A stretch of DNA of 64,000 nt from Eledone cirrhosa (GCA_964016885.1 OZ024756.1:17670001-17734000); one strand, 5' to 3'. Counted from the first letter of the stretch, positions 1 to 14,100 are shown. Made by a program: numbers and translations. Notes: a model not told the origin generated them from the sequence alone.

Positions 1-24
1 CACTAAATTTATTGTTTCATTATA

Positions 25-362
25 TATCATCATTTCATTTTACATCCGCTTTTTCCCTGCTTGCAAGGGTGGGACGGGAACTGATTCTGGCTTGATTTCT
101 ACAGCTGGATGCCCTTCCTAACACCAACCTCATTTACAGTGAGTGCTGGGTGCTTTTTTGCCATGGCACCTGCACGACCACTTTGCAGTGGAGTGATAGG
201 GACCCCAGTCCCTATCATCTCATTTCTACAGCTGAGTAAACTGGAGCAATGTGAAATAAAGTGTCTTGCTCAAGGAAACAACACATCACCCGGTCTGAGA
301 ATTGAACTCACAACCTTTTTGATTGCAAGGCCAATGCTCTAACCACTAAGCCATGTGCCTCC
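25..362 (-). mobile_element. tRNA-derived SINE family A (other copies: 389-655+, 21003-21345+, 21806-21997+ partial, 22265-22610-, 43397-43775-, 50780-51008-, 51260-51597-, 61340-61477-)
   Basis: Head with A box TGGCTTAGTGG and B box GAGTTCAATTC, central TCCTTGAGCAAGACACTT, and RTE-like tail GACGTAAAATGATGAT. Multiple highly similar copies. Confidence 0.9.
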
Positions 363-388
363 ATTATAGAGAGAGAGAGAGAGAGAGA

Positions 389-655
389 GGCACATGGCTT
401 AGTGGTTAGAGTATTGGCCTTGCAATCGAAAGGTTGTGAGTTCAATTCTCAGACCGGGTGATGTGTTGTTTCCTTGAGCAAGACACTTTTTTTCACATTG
501 CTCCAGTTTACTCAGCTGTAGAAATGAGATGATAGGGACAGCATCCAGCTGTAGAAATCAAGCCAGAATCAGTTCCCGTCCCACCCTTGCAAGCAGGGAA
601 AAGTAGAGTCCCACCCTTGCAAGCAGGGAAAAGTAGACGTAAAATGATGATGATA
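389..655 (+). mobile_element. SINE family A copy (internally deleted), head-to-head with 25-362
   Basis: Reverse complement of the preceding copy across a short (GA)n spacer. Confidence 0.9.
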
Positions 656-762
656 TATATATATGTAACCTAACTTGACCATACAACACACCACCACCAG
701 CCTGTAACTAAGGAGATACCAATAGATAGCAGTCATTATCAATGCCCCATACTAGAATACAG

Positions 763-799
<37 letters not shown>

Positions 800-870
800 T
801 AGAGAGAGAGAGAGAGAGAGACAGAGAGAGAAAGAGATTGATACAGAGCTAGAGAGAGATGTACAGCAAT

Positions 871-910
<40 letters not shown>

Positions 911-1043
911 GGGAGATAGTGAGAAAGAGAGAGAGAGAGAGAGAGGAAGGGGGATAGTGAGAGAGAGAGATAGATGTACAGCAATTATATATATATATAT
1001 ATAATTGCTGTACATCTCTCTCTAGCTCTGTATATATATACAT

Positions 1044-1098
<55 letters not shown>

Positions 1099-1251
1099 TA
1101 CAGCAATTATATTATATTTCCTTATGCCACTGAATTACTTTCCTTCTTTTGTTTCAGTTGTTTTTTTTTTTTCAGGGAATTAGGTTGAATCAATAGAAAT
1201 TGATTTATATTACACTCACTAACACATATATATACACACACACACTCATAT

Positions 1252-1292
<41 letters not shown>

Positions 1293-1295
1293 TAT

Positions 1296-1398
1296 ATAGA
1301 TGGTTTTCCAAAAATGTATACACACTTCAACAGCATTCAAATAAATTTTGCCTGTACAGGGAGTCAAAGTGTGTATATATTTTGGGGGGACACCCTGT
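1296..1398. mobile_element. ~100-bp Tc1/mariner-type MITE remnant
   Basis: Degenerate TIRs (CCAAAAATGTATACACACTT / AAGTGTGTATATATTTTGG...GACACCCTGT) with a CAGGGTG-type terminus. Confidence 0.45.
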
Positions 1399-1951
1399 GT
1401 GTTTATATATATATATATAGTTCTGATCTAGCTGTCGAAACAGCTGGAGCTCAGCCGTCGGGGTCCTGACTCTTTTCCTATATATATATATATATATATA
1501 TATTGATGAAAGTTGGTTGATCTTATAATCAGGTGAGCTTTTTATAAACAGCCATAAAGCACTCTACGATTTGTATTCCTTAGGATTTTCTCAGTAAGGT
1601 ATCAATGTAACCACTCTGACATCTTTGAAATATGTATAATAGAATTATGTAATAAAAAGAAAATGTAAGAATAAAACCATCTCTCTTATTCATAATATAT
1701 ATATATATATAAGTAAACAGAAATAACAAAACAAAGGTCACAGTACAATGAAGAAATATATTAGTTTAGGAAAAGAGTTTTAATGTTTCGGACACTAGTC
1801 CTTCATCAGAAGATAGAATGAGAAATAAAAGATAAAATAGAAAGATAGAGAGAAAGAGAAGAGGGAGGGCTGGAAAGAAATATGTATGTATATCATCATA
1901 TATGTGTGCGCACGCACGTGTGTGTATGTGTATATATGTGTGTGTGTGTGC

Positions 1952-1983
<32 letters not shown>

Positions 1984-2005
1984 ATATATATGTGTGTGTG
2001 TGTAT

Positions 2006-2073
<68 letters not shown>

Positions 2074-3219
2074 GTGTGTGCATATATATATATATATATA
2101 TATGATGATATATTGAATATGTAAAATCTCTCCAACAACATCCCTACTATATCAACTTGTATCATAAGCTTTTCCAAGGTTGAAAAAAGTTTGTGATAAT
2201 CAATTGAAGTGGCAGGGATTGCTGTCAGAATTCTACTTCTTCAATATATACACTCTCCATTTCAACTTGTATTGAGTACTACCCTCATTTGTGGTTTGCC
2301 CTGGTCTTCATACAACAGACAGTGGTGGGCGGCAACAGAAAGGGCACCCCCGCTGCAGAAACCAGGCCTAAAAGGGTTGAGAGGACCCTTTAGTTGTGTC
2401 AAAGACACAACAACCTCTCTAGTGTTGGTGATCTACAAGATAAACACCCAGTACATGCTGTAAAGTGGTTGGTGATAGGAAGGGCATCCAGCCATAGAAA
2501 GCTTGCTAAACAAAGGGTTAGGAGAACCCTTTAGTTCTCACTAATATGTATGTGTTAATAATATATTGCTAAAACAGTACATTATTAAAGGATGAAGTGG
2601 CTACTAAAGTAGCTCTAACAGGGAACTGGAAGAATAAATATATTCATAAATATGTCTATATGATATGACAGTAAGCATGCACATATATACACCAGGTCTG
2701 AACGCAGAGCAGCCAAACTCTTACCGTCATCACCTCCAGCTCTCTCGCTCTCCCCACAGCCTCCCTCGTGCTAGTGATCTACACAATAAAAGCACCCAGT
2801 ATATACTATAAAGTGGTTGGTGTTAGGAAGGGCATCCAGCTGTAGAAAGCTTGCCAAACAAGGGGTTAGGAGGACCCTTCAGTTTGTGTCAAGGGTCCTT
2901 GAAAAAGGCTTGCTGAATATAAGCTGAAACTGCTAGGCATCACTGTTGGGTGTTTATCTTCCTCTATACCCACTCTGCTTCTTCCCATGCACAATACTAC
3001 CCAGATCTGTGGTCTCCCTGGTCTCAGTATTGCAGACTTTATATATATATATATATATATAATTTAAAAAAAGGTGGGCAAGGACAATGGGAAAACATAT
3101 GAAACACATGACAGTCCTTTCTCATCAGTCAACCTCTAGAGGTTCTTGTAATTTCAGTGCATTAAGTCAGTATCACTCGCTCCAGTGCACAAAGGTGTCC
3201 ACACACCGATATCAGTTGA

Positions 3220-3524
3220 TTTTGGGGCGCAGTTGAGGCAATATTCAATGCAACTTCTCACAACTGTGTCTTCGCTGAAAGCTTCTATCAAGCGAGCATT
3301 CAGTAAAATGAAAAAGGAAGAAATAGTTAAGGCATGCACATCATTTTGTTAACGTATTGAACTGGTAAAGAAAGCAAAAAGCAGTCACATTGAACTGAAA
3401 TACGTGCTAAACACTCCACAATAAATTGGCACAAACATAAAATTTGCAGTGTTTGATTTTTCCAAGTTATACCAATTATAATAAAGATATTTAAATGGTC
3501 CCAATTTACCTGTTACACCCTGTA
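3220..3524 (+). mobile_element. Degenerate 3' end of a second maT/mariner element
   Basis: Translates (with frameshift) to FWGAVEA...SLKASIKRAFSKMKKEEIVKACTSFC*RIELVKKAKSSHIE, a typical transposase C-terminus. Ends in TIR-like ...CCTGTTACACCCTG|TA. Confidence 0.65.
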
Positions 3525-3716
3525 TATATGTGTATGTTTGTGCATGCATATATATTTACATTTAAATGCAGATCCATATGACGTTGACAGACATGGGAAG
3601 GAGAGCTCAATACCAAAGTAGAGTTTCATAATATTCTTTATTATGGCTAAATGATGAGTCTTGTTACTCTGGAGTTTTCACTTGTGTATTCACAAGATCA
3701 TCAGACAAAACTCAAA

Positions 3717-3771
3717 AGTCTTGCCTGATGATCCTGTGAGTACACAGGTGAAACACCAGAGTAACAAGACT
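3717..3771 (+). ncRNA. Type I hammerhead ribozyme motif (mirror copy on minus strand at 3655-3713)
   Basis: AGTCTTGC-CTGATGA-T[CCTGTG agta CACAGG]T-GAA-ACACCAGAGT-A-ACAAGACT. Confidence 0.7.
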
Positions 3772-3887
3772 CATCATTTAGCTCATCATCATCCATTTTC
3801 CATGCTAGCATGGGTTAGACGAGTTGCCCTGTTGTGAGACAAGCCAGGTTGGTCCAATGACCATACAGGACTCATAAAGATTATCAT

Positions 3888-4115
3888 TTAACCCTTTAGC
3901 ATTTACATTACTCTATATTTATTATTGTATTTTCACAGTAAACTCTTTATCTCACATAATTATCCCACATAATATTGAATCTACAAGATTGATTATTATT
4001 TATTTTGAGAACAATACCTTTATATAAGTATGAACAGCCAGTTGCAGCTGGTTTAAACAGAAAGAAGTGAGAGAATTCTGTCCAGATACGGTTGGTTTAA
4101 ATGCTAGAGGGCTAA
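3888..4115. mobile_element. piggyBac-type MITE (also 28520-28918, 43938-44219 partial, 44960-45276, 48218-48435)
   Basis: TTAA|CCCTTTAGCATTT ... AAATGCTAAAGGG|TTAA termini with a shared ~210-bp body in five copies. Three copies carry a nested SINE B. Confidence 0.8.
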
Positions 4116-4449
4116 ACATACATATATAGATATTTATTACATATATTTTCAATATTTTCAAGCAATCCAATGGCTTTTCACTGTTCAAAGCAAAAGGAAA
4201 AAAAATGAGAAGAGAAAGAATTAAAATACTTTAGACGAAATGGTTATCATAATTTATTTTACTGTTTCATCTAGAAGAAGAGAGAAATTTTGTTTTTAAA
4301 TCCATTTAATAATAATTATAAAGTGGAAATTCAATGATAGAAAAAACACAAACAAAACAATCTAACAAATAAATAAATATACAAAAACAAAGAGCAATAT
4401 GCTTTTTTTTTTTTTTCTTTTTTTTTTTTTCGCAAAATAATAATAATGA

Positions 4450-6022
4450 TTTCTACTATAGACACAAGGCCAGCAATTTTGGGGGGGAGAGGGGAAAGTC
4501 GATTATATCGACCTCAGTGCATTACTGGTACTTTATTTTATCAAACCAGTAAGGATGAGAGGCATAATAATAATAATAATAACAATAATAATAAGTTTCT
4601 AAGTTAGGCACAAGGCCAGCAATTGTTTGAGAGGGGGAGGTGTGTGTGGAGGGGGGGGGGGGGGGCTAGGAAGTTGATTGAATCAACCCCAGTACTTAAC
4701 TGGTACTTTTGTTTATCACCCCTTCCCCCTGGAAAAAAAGGGATGAAAGGTAAAGTTGACGTTGGCGGGATTTGAACTCAGAATGTAAAAAGAGACGTAA
4801 CCCTAATCCTAACCCTAACCAAAAGCCGTGAAGATATTTTGGTTGGATAACCCTGCTCCCTAACAATTCTGCCTATACACCGCTCTTTGCAAATAATAAT
4901 TCTTTTTAACATCGGCACAAGGCCAGCAATGTGTGTGGGGGGGGGGGGGGGGGGGGTCAAAGAGGAAATCGATTATGTATCAACCTAAAGTACTTTACTG
5001 GTACTTTATTTCATTGACCCCCACCCCCAGCAGGGATGAATGGCAAAGTTGACCTCGGCAGGATTTTGAAACAAGAACGTAGAGAGCTGGAATGAAATAC
5101 TGCAAAGCATTTAGCAATTTTTGCTCCGATGCTCTACCAATTCTACCGATCAACCGCCAATTTTGCAAATAATAATAATAATAATAATAATAATTGTTTC
5201 TAAATTAGGCACAAGGCCAGTAATTTCGAGAAAGGGGAAAGGAAAAAGTCAATTATATCAACCCCAGTGCATGACTGGTACTTTATTTTATCGACCTCAA
5301 AAGGATGACAGGCAAAGTTGACCTCAGCAGAAATAATAATAATAATAATAATAATAATGATGATTTCTACTTTAGGCACAAAGCCAGCAAATTTTGGGGA
5401 GGGGGAAAAGTCGTTAAAATCGACCCCAGCGCATTACTGGTGCTTTATTTTAACGACCCCGTAAGGATGAATGGCAAAGCTAACCTCAGTGGGATTTGAA
5501 CTCAGATCGTAAAGGGGCATAACTCTAATAATGATAATAACAATAATAACAAATAAATAGTCGTGTTGTTTTTTTTTTTTTCAATAACAGTTGTATAATT
5601 GTTTTTTGGGTTTCTTTTTTTTTCTTTTTTCATAAGATAAAAAAAAAACAAACAAAACGTCATGTTACCATAAATTCAAATGAACAAGTCTTGCAGAGAT
5701 ATATTCCAAACTTGGTGGTGCCATGGTAAAATCCTCCATAGATTGTCTGTCTGTCTGTCCTTTCTTTCTTTCTTTTTCTCCACATCAATCATTTGTATCT
5801 TATTTTTTTTATATTTTTATTATTTTTTTTTTTGCATTTCATCTATTTCTTTTTTTTCTCTTTTTTTCCTATTTTTTCCATTCATTGCTCTTAACCATTC
5901 AAAGTTACTTGGTTTTGTTTTTGTTGTTATTGTTTTTTTTTTTTTGTTTGTTTGTTTGTTTTTTAAAGTCTTAATCAAAAGACGAATAATAATATAAATA
6001 ATTAAACTAGCATAACAATGAC

Positions 6023-6058
<36 letters not shown>

Positions 6059-6570
6059 TTCTGAAATTTTGAGCGGGGGAAGGGAAAGGGTAGAAAGAAG
6101 AGGGTGTATTCGATTAAATCAACCCCAGTATTTCACTGGTACTTTATTTTATCAAACCTTGGAAAGGATGAAAGGCAAAGTTGACCTCGGTGGGATTACA
6201 TATAATTATCATTTTGATTTCTAATACGGGCACAAAGCCAGAAATTTAGGGAGAGGAAATGTTAGTTGAATACATAAACCCCAGTATTTCACTGGGTTCT
6301 TTATCTTAACAAAGCCCCGGGAAGGATGAAAGACGACCTCGGTGGGATTACAAATAATAATAAATGTGATTTTTATTAGAGGCACAAGGCCAAAACCTTA
6401 GAAGGAGAGTCAGACGGGTTAGTTGAATAAAATCGACATCAGTATTCGACAGGTACTTTATGAAGGGCAATGTGGAGATTGGTGAGATTTTGAAGTCAAA
6501 AGAAGGTCATAAAGGGAGATAACTAAATAGCGCAAGACATTTAGCCTGCTGCTCTACCAATTCTGACACA
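4450..6570 (-). mobile_element. Cluster of ~8 co-oriented SINE family B copies (others near 28642, 43996, 44985, 50010, 50222, 57075)
   Basis: Repeated GGCACAAGGCCAG...CCCCAGT...ACTGGTACTTTATTTTATCGACCCC...GGATGAAAGGCAAAGTTGACCTCGGCGGGATTTGAACTC (B box on minus strand), separated by (AAT)n. Confidence 0.85.
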
Positions 6571-6682
6571 ATAATAATAACAGATAAATAAAAAAATGGT
6601 AATAATAACAATCTTTGATAATCCTGTTATGAAATATTGGTCCAATAAACTATTTAAAAAGCACGAGCAAATGTCATGAAGC

Positions 6683-6684
<2 letters not shown>

Positions 6685-6717
<33 letters not shown>

Positions 6718-6830
6718 TATATATATATAATATATATCATATATATATATCATATATATATATATATATCATATATATATATCATATATATATATATATA
6801 TATGTCATATATATATATGATATTTATATG

Positions 6831-6883
<53 letters not shown>

Positions 6884-7600
6884 ATATTATATATATATGA
6901 TATATATATTATATATATATGATATATATTATATATATATATATATATATCATATATATATATATTATATATTATAATATATATGATATATATATATATT
7001 ATATATATATATATATCATATATATATATCATATATATGATATATATATATGATATATATATATTATATATATATATGATATATATATATATTATATATA
7101 TATATTATATATATATATATATTATATATATATATTATATATATATGATATATATTATATATATATATATGATATATATATATATTATATATCATATATA
7201 TATATGATATATATATATATTATATATATATATATGATATATATATATATGATATATATATATATTATATATATATGATATATATATATATTATATATAT
7301 ATATCATATATATATATATATATTATATATATCATATATATATATATATATCATATATATATATATATATTATATATATCATATATATATATCATATATA
7401 TGTCATATATATATCATATATATGTCATATATATATATCATATATATATGTCATATATATAATACATATGTCATATATATATATATATATACATATGTCA
7501 TATATATATGTATATATATATATATACATATGTCATATATATGTCATATATATATCATATATATATATATATATGTCATATATATGGCTATCATATATAT
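6685..7600. repeat. Long (TA)n-derived microsatellite (others at 36870-37565, 37855-38400, 38735-39315, 40460-40860, 50330-50775, 63200-63715)
   Basis: Direct inspection. Confidence 0.95.
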
Positions 7601-7887
7601 ATTAATCAAGCCGTTTTTTTTTTATTCTCTTCTTCAAATGATCATGTCCAAAAGATTGTTGTTGCAGTTGAGTTGGTTAGTTTTCATTTTGTTGTTGTTG
7701 TTGTATTAGCTGTCTGTTTTCTTTCTTTCTTTCTTTCTTTCTTTCAAAGTAGCAAGAGTTAGTGAAAGATTCATGTGTGAGAGCAAGTATATGATGAATT
7801 TTCTTAGTGTGTATGTATATATATATATGTATGTATATATACATATGCATGTATGTATATATATATGTGTGTATGTATGTGTATGTA

Positions 7888-7943
<56 letters not shown>

Positions 7944-7945
7944 TA

Positions 7946-7978
<33 letters not shown>

Positions 7979-8356
7979 GTGTGTGTGTATATATATAGAT
8001 GTGTATGTATATTGGTGGGTAAGGGTATATGCACAGTTCATGATAGGTAATACAGATCAGATATTCTGCTACCCAGGTTCAATGATAATAATAATAATAT
8101 TAATAATAATATTAATAATAATAATATTAATATTGATATTAATTTATATCCAGTTGAACTACAAAAAAAAAAAAATAATAATAGTTTTGAAAAGGTTGAT
8201 TTGTTTCTTGTTTTTTTTTTGTATTTTTTAAATATATATTTTTTTCATATATTTGTTTGTTTCTTGTTTTGTTGTTCACAGTGTGTAAATTATATATTAT
8301 ATATATATACACACACATATATATGTACATATATATATATACATTGTGTGTGTGTA

Positions 8357-8396
<40 letters not shown>

Positions 8397-8637
8397 AATT
8401 AGAAGGAATAAGAAAATTTTACATATTATCAATAATCTATATTCAATATGGAATTCATGTGTTTTATATTATAATAGATTATGTTTGTTAGTTTGTCTTT
8501 GTTGTTATTATATATTTTATATGTTTCCTGTCTGTTTGGTTTTCATTTCATTTTCTTGTCATCCTTTCTTTCTTTCCTTATTTTCGTTATTTATTTATTT
8601 ATTTATTCATTTAATTCTTTATTTTTTTCCTTTCGCT

Positions 8638-8835
8638 TTGGTACTTCGAATATTTATATATTTTTTGGTACTTCGAATATTTATATATTTTTTTGGTACT
8701 TCTAATATATATTTTTTTTGTACTTCGGATATATTTTTTTTTTGGTACTTCGAATATATATTTTTTTGGTACTTCTAATATATATTTTTTGGTACTTCGA
8801 ATATATATTTTTTTGGTACTTCGAATATATATTTT
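8638..8835. repeat. ~20-29-bp minisatellite (GGTACTTCGAATATATATTTTTT)
   Basis: About 8 tandem units with variable T-runs. Confidence 0.85.
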
Positions 8836-9025
8836 TTTTAAATTTTATTTTGTTTGTTCATTATTCATTTCATTCAGTTGGTTGTATATAGGTGGATTTA
8901 TTACACCTATTTAACAGACAAACTGTATGTATCCATACATGTGTATATCTATATACATCTATATATATATATATAGTGTGTGTGTGTGTGTACACATATA
9001 TATATATGCATTCACACACACACAC

Positions 9026-9056
<31 letters not shown>

Positions 9057-9319
9057 GCTGTATTACATTCTCAAGACTCTCAGGTGTGTGATATTGAAGC
9101 TAAATTCGAAAATTAGAACCACCCTAATCAGGTAATATCACTTCAAACTGGTCTGTTCAGAAAGGTAAAAATGATTTACAGACACATGTGAAGAATGGTG
9201 ACTGGGTAGAAATAGGAGGAGAAAATTATTTTTCGGAGAATATAATTTTATCATTAATTAATTATTTTCTTCAACTCTTCTTGGTGAGTATATATATTTA
9301 TGTGTGTGTGTATTATATA

Positions 9320-9351
<32 letters not shown>

Positions 9352-10853
9352 CATATACATACATATATAGATGCATGCCATGCATATGTATACATATACA
9401 CAGACAGATATTTATATATATACCCACACATGCATAAATATATATATATATACACATATATAGATGCATGCATACATGTATATATATATGCATGCATATA
9501 TGTAAATGCACATATATACATATATATATATGTGCATATATATAGAGAGAGAGAAAGAGGGAGTGTGTTCTATTCCACAGTGTCCATTTCTTCAAGAGTG
9601 ATTGGGGTAAAAAAACATCCCAGAATGAAAGCATTTCTGTGAGGAAAGATATCCAAAAGGCCTTTTTGTTTCAATTCATTAGTTCCATTTGAATACGCTG
9701 AGTTTAAAGGTTTCTTTCTCAAAAATCTAGACATTTTCTTGTCTTCTTAGTTTTCAACTTGTCTTCTTAGTTTTCAACGAGGTGAAGAATATGGTGGTTG
9801 TGAAAGGTTGAGGAGTTTATTCTCAGAGAACAGTTGTAGCATTTGGTACACAATAATGGTAAAAAAAAAAGATGTCTGTAAGAATGTGTGAGTGTATGTG
9901 TGTTTGTGTGTGAGTGTATGTGTGTTTGTGAGTGTGTCTCTGTGAGTATGTTTTTGTGAGTATAAGTTTGTGTGTGAGTGTTTGTGCATGCCACCCTTTG
10001 TTTTTTTAGGGCGTCTTATGGTGGTGCACTGTCCTAAGCGAAAACCGATAGATAGATAGATAGATAGAGAGGTAGATAGTGGGATAGATAGAAAGAAAGG
10101 TAGAGAGAGAGAGAGGTAGAAAGAGAGAGAGAGAAAGATCGATAGAGGTAGAAAGAGAGAGAGGTGGTTAGATAGATAGCGAGAAAGCGAGAGAGAGAGA
10201 GAGAAAGATAGATAGAGGTAGAAAGAGAGAGAGAGAGAGGTGGGTAGATAATTTAGATAGATAGATAGATAGATAGATAAAGATATAGGAGAACAAAGAT
10301 TCTGTGATTCCATGCTACACTTATCCATGTTTGCTGAATTTATCCTTCATTCCAGTGAATGACTGAACAAATAAATTAATAAATAAAGGTTTTTTTTTTT
10401 AACTGTGTTTGATTTTGTTGTTTTCTTTGTTCGTTAGTTTGTTGGGTTTTGGGGTTGTTGTTTTTTTCACCGTTTATTAGTTCCAAATGCTCAGATGATA
10501 TTCCAGAGAATTCTTTCAGAAAATGTTTGATTAAAAACCCGAAAGAGCAACAAAAACAAACAAAACATAGTAGTCGTAACAATTAGTAATAATAATAATA
10601 ATAATAACAATAATGATAATAATAATAATAATAATAATAATAGATAATATTGATAATAATTATCACTAATATTGAGTTCTCTAAAACACTGTGATCACCA
10701 TTTTTCAAATAGCTTCTTTTTCCTTTTTCTTGTTCTTCTTCTTCTTCTTCTTTACATTCCTCTAGATTCCAAGAAGCTTTTTTACTCTCTTTTTCATTTG
10801 TCTAATAGTCAAAAACGACTCATAAATATTTAACTAAATTACTATATATATAT

Positions 10854-10889
<36 letters not shown>

Positions 10890-11048
10890 AACTACTTAAA
10901 TAATTTAAAAGGTGATGTGCCATCAAATGAAATATGGAACGAAATAGACAAAGTTGAGGGAAGTGGATAAGAAAAAGTGAGTGTATATGTGTGTGTATGT
11001 ATATATATATATAATGTATATATATATATATGTGTATGTGTGTGTATG

Positions 11049-11085
<37 letters not shown>

Positions 11086-11167
11086 GATCCTGTCCATAGT
11101 TAGGGAATTGTTGCGTGTGAAACATGGCAACATTGCAAATGAGGTTGTGCTACTTGGCTGAACCATG

Positions 11168-14100
11168 TCACTTTGGGGGTCGATATTTATGAGAAATTGA
11201 ACTCACGATTGACTTCACACTCTTTTTGATGCTAGCACCCAGGTTTTTGCCGTGCTGTGATTTCTGCGTGGTTGGTGTCTGGGGGTGAGCATCCAGGCAT
11301 TTTTGATATCTTAGTTTACAGGCTGCTTCAATAGTCTTGCACAAAGGTCCCGCCGATGGTTCACAGTGGAAAACATGGGCAAAATGCTGGTCCTCCGCAG
11401 TTTGCATGATAAAAGCACATAGTTTGACATTGCTCATTGCAATGCCCATGAATGACAGGAAACGCACTCTGCATTCGTCAATCTTCTTGTCTTGGTTGTT
11501 GTGCTCGGAAATGGTGATGGTCGATGGCGCTATGGCAACATCGACAAAGATCCACATCTCAGGAGGTACTTTGGTGTACAGGCTCTCGATGGCGTTGTTA
11601 AGAGTTCCCATACCACTGGCCTTGAAAACCTCCTTCAAGCCGAGATAATGACATCGGACTATCTTCTTTGGTTCTTCCATTGGGGTTGGAAACGATGCGT
11701 TGTTGTAGAGGTTCTGGAAAGTTAGCTTTTGACTGTTTGTTTGCTTGCTGCGGTCAAGGTTTGGAAGGTCAGTAGGGCGGTTTAAGCGATTCATGGCATT
11801 ATTCTGCTGCTGACCTTGTTCCAACATGATTCGTTTGCAGATATCTCTAAGTGTGTTGGCAATCTCCCGAGCCGGAGTCTCGCAGCGGAACACATGACAC
11901 ATATGCTTACGGGTTGTTTTATCACGCGATACGTATGCAAAGTCCCTACGGTTATCACGTCCAACGCCCCAAACACGTATGGTATAAATTGGTTGGATGT
12001 TGAGGATTGTGCCATCATTAGGACTGACTAGACGTAAGCTATGGTCATCTAGGTCCATGTAGAGGTCTTTTCCATCTCCCCAGCGGCCGACGACGTCGTT
12101 GAGGTCATTGCGTCCAAGTGAAAGATCCAATATGCACTTATTAACAGCTTTGCTACTTTTTTCTGGGCTAAGATCATCATCAGCAATGCACACCCAGCCA
12201 AATGAACGAACAGCAAAGCGCACAGGCTCATGTTTTGAAAATTTCCTGATTGGTACAGGTGATTTTGCTGTGCTAGAACACAGAGACTGCAAGGATTTAG
12301 CAGCATATTTCAGTACATGGCTTTCAAATGCCTGTAGATGCTCTTCCGTGTTGGAGCTGGTGCTATTAGGGCTTGAAGGCACCGAACTAGGTGCTGAAGC
12401 CTGGCTACTGTCACTGGAAAGAGAGCGCTTGGAATCCATGTGGCCAGGTGAAGGTGGAGGTGGAGGAGACCGCTGTATGGTCCCACTCTGTATATGCCAG
12501 TAGTAAGGGCCATCTTCGTCCTCATGTTTTTCCCAGCCCAGGGGTAACTGTTCTACAGGGGTAGTATCCTCAGAATCAAGTTTCCCATCAATGAGAGTTT
12601 CTGAGTTATTTTCTTCGACAGAATCTCTGTCATCTTCATCGTCGTAATCAATGTTGTCAACATCATTGACCTCATCTACATCATCTTCCACTTCATCAAC
12701 ATCGTCATCATAACGTCGCACAATATCATTATCAACATTGTCCTCTAAATCTTCCTCATCGCTTGAAGGGATGTTATTGGCTCCAGATGGAATATTTAGG
12801 ATGTTCTCATCTAAACGGGAGTCAGACTGGATTCCACTATCATGAGAATCAGGAGAGTTAATCTCTTTAAGGTTCTTCATGTACTGTTCGTTTTTCAAGT
12901 TGTTTGATTTTTCAAACGAGATCATCTTAGTATTCTCATCTTCAATGATGCCTTTGGGACCGACTTTATCGATAATATTAACATCCACAACACCGAGGCG
13001 TTCAAGCCGTTGGTCAGCTTCGTTGATGTCATCGCGTACCTGCCTCTCGTGAGCTTTCGCCTCCAGCAAAGAATAATATTCAAGAAAACTGCGGGGTTTT
13101 TCATCTGACAAAGCATTTAAGTCCCTATTACAGCCAGTGCTAGTTGTCAGACCCACAACACTGATGTGTTGTCTGGTGATGTTGTCTTTGATGTTTTTAC
13201 GGCGGCGTTCCTCTTCATTCAACCTGTTATCCTCTTCTTCGTCGTATTCATCTTGCTCGCCGTAAACGTCGTCGTCGTCGTATTCAATTTCGTATACACC
13301 CATTCCATCTTCATCATCGTCGTCGTCGTCATCATCATCATCATCGTCATCGTCGTCATCATCGTCGTCGTCGTCATCATCTACGTTTTTGTACACTAAC
13401 AAAGGGTCTTTCTCTAATTGCTCGTAAGTGCCGCTCGTATCGTCATCATCGCTGACTGTGTCACCAGTTCCATCACAAGGCGACATCAGCATACCGAGTT
13501 CGTGTCCAGCTGCCAAAGGGTTGTGACCATCAGAGGGGCTGAGATCGAACGATGACAAATCGAGTTGGGCGTATCGCCGGCGTTGTTTCACATCTGAATT
13601 ATGTGTTGTTACCTGTTGAAGGGGTTCCAAGTGTTGCAAGTGAATTCTATGATCATAACCTTGGGGATCTTGTTCAAAATAAATAAGGTTTTCTTTTTCT
13701 TCTTCGATATCAAATTCTTCTTCTTCTTCCTCCTCCTCCTCCTCCTCCTCTTCGTCATCATCTTCGTCTTCTTCCTCCTCGTCATCGTCGTCGTCTTCGT
13801 CGTCATCGGCAACATCGTCTGCCTTGTTTTCATCATAGCAAGACGAAAGTGACTTGCCAGAAGGGAGAGAGGAGAGGTTGTGAATGTCTAGATCGAGATC
13901 TTCTTCGTTTAGGTAGGAAGAAGTTGAATTTTTAGTGATTGAGTTTCTGTAATCTATCGATTCTGTCCCGTTTGTAGACAACATGCGATCCTTAATGTGA
14001 GGGCTGATCGACTGACCGCTCACATCGATCAGTTCCGAAGACATAATACCGCCGCTGCCGCCGCTGCCACCAATACTAGAGCTGGTGGTACTGGCTAATA

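Noticed and set aside
109-342. Recurrent 'MPFLTPTSF...[11 protein letters not shown]' short ORFs
   Set aside because: Antisense translations of SINE family A.
4798-4820. Telomere-like (TAACCC)n
   Set aside because: Only about 4 imperfect units inside a SINE; too short to call an interstitial telomere.
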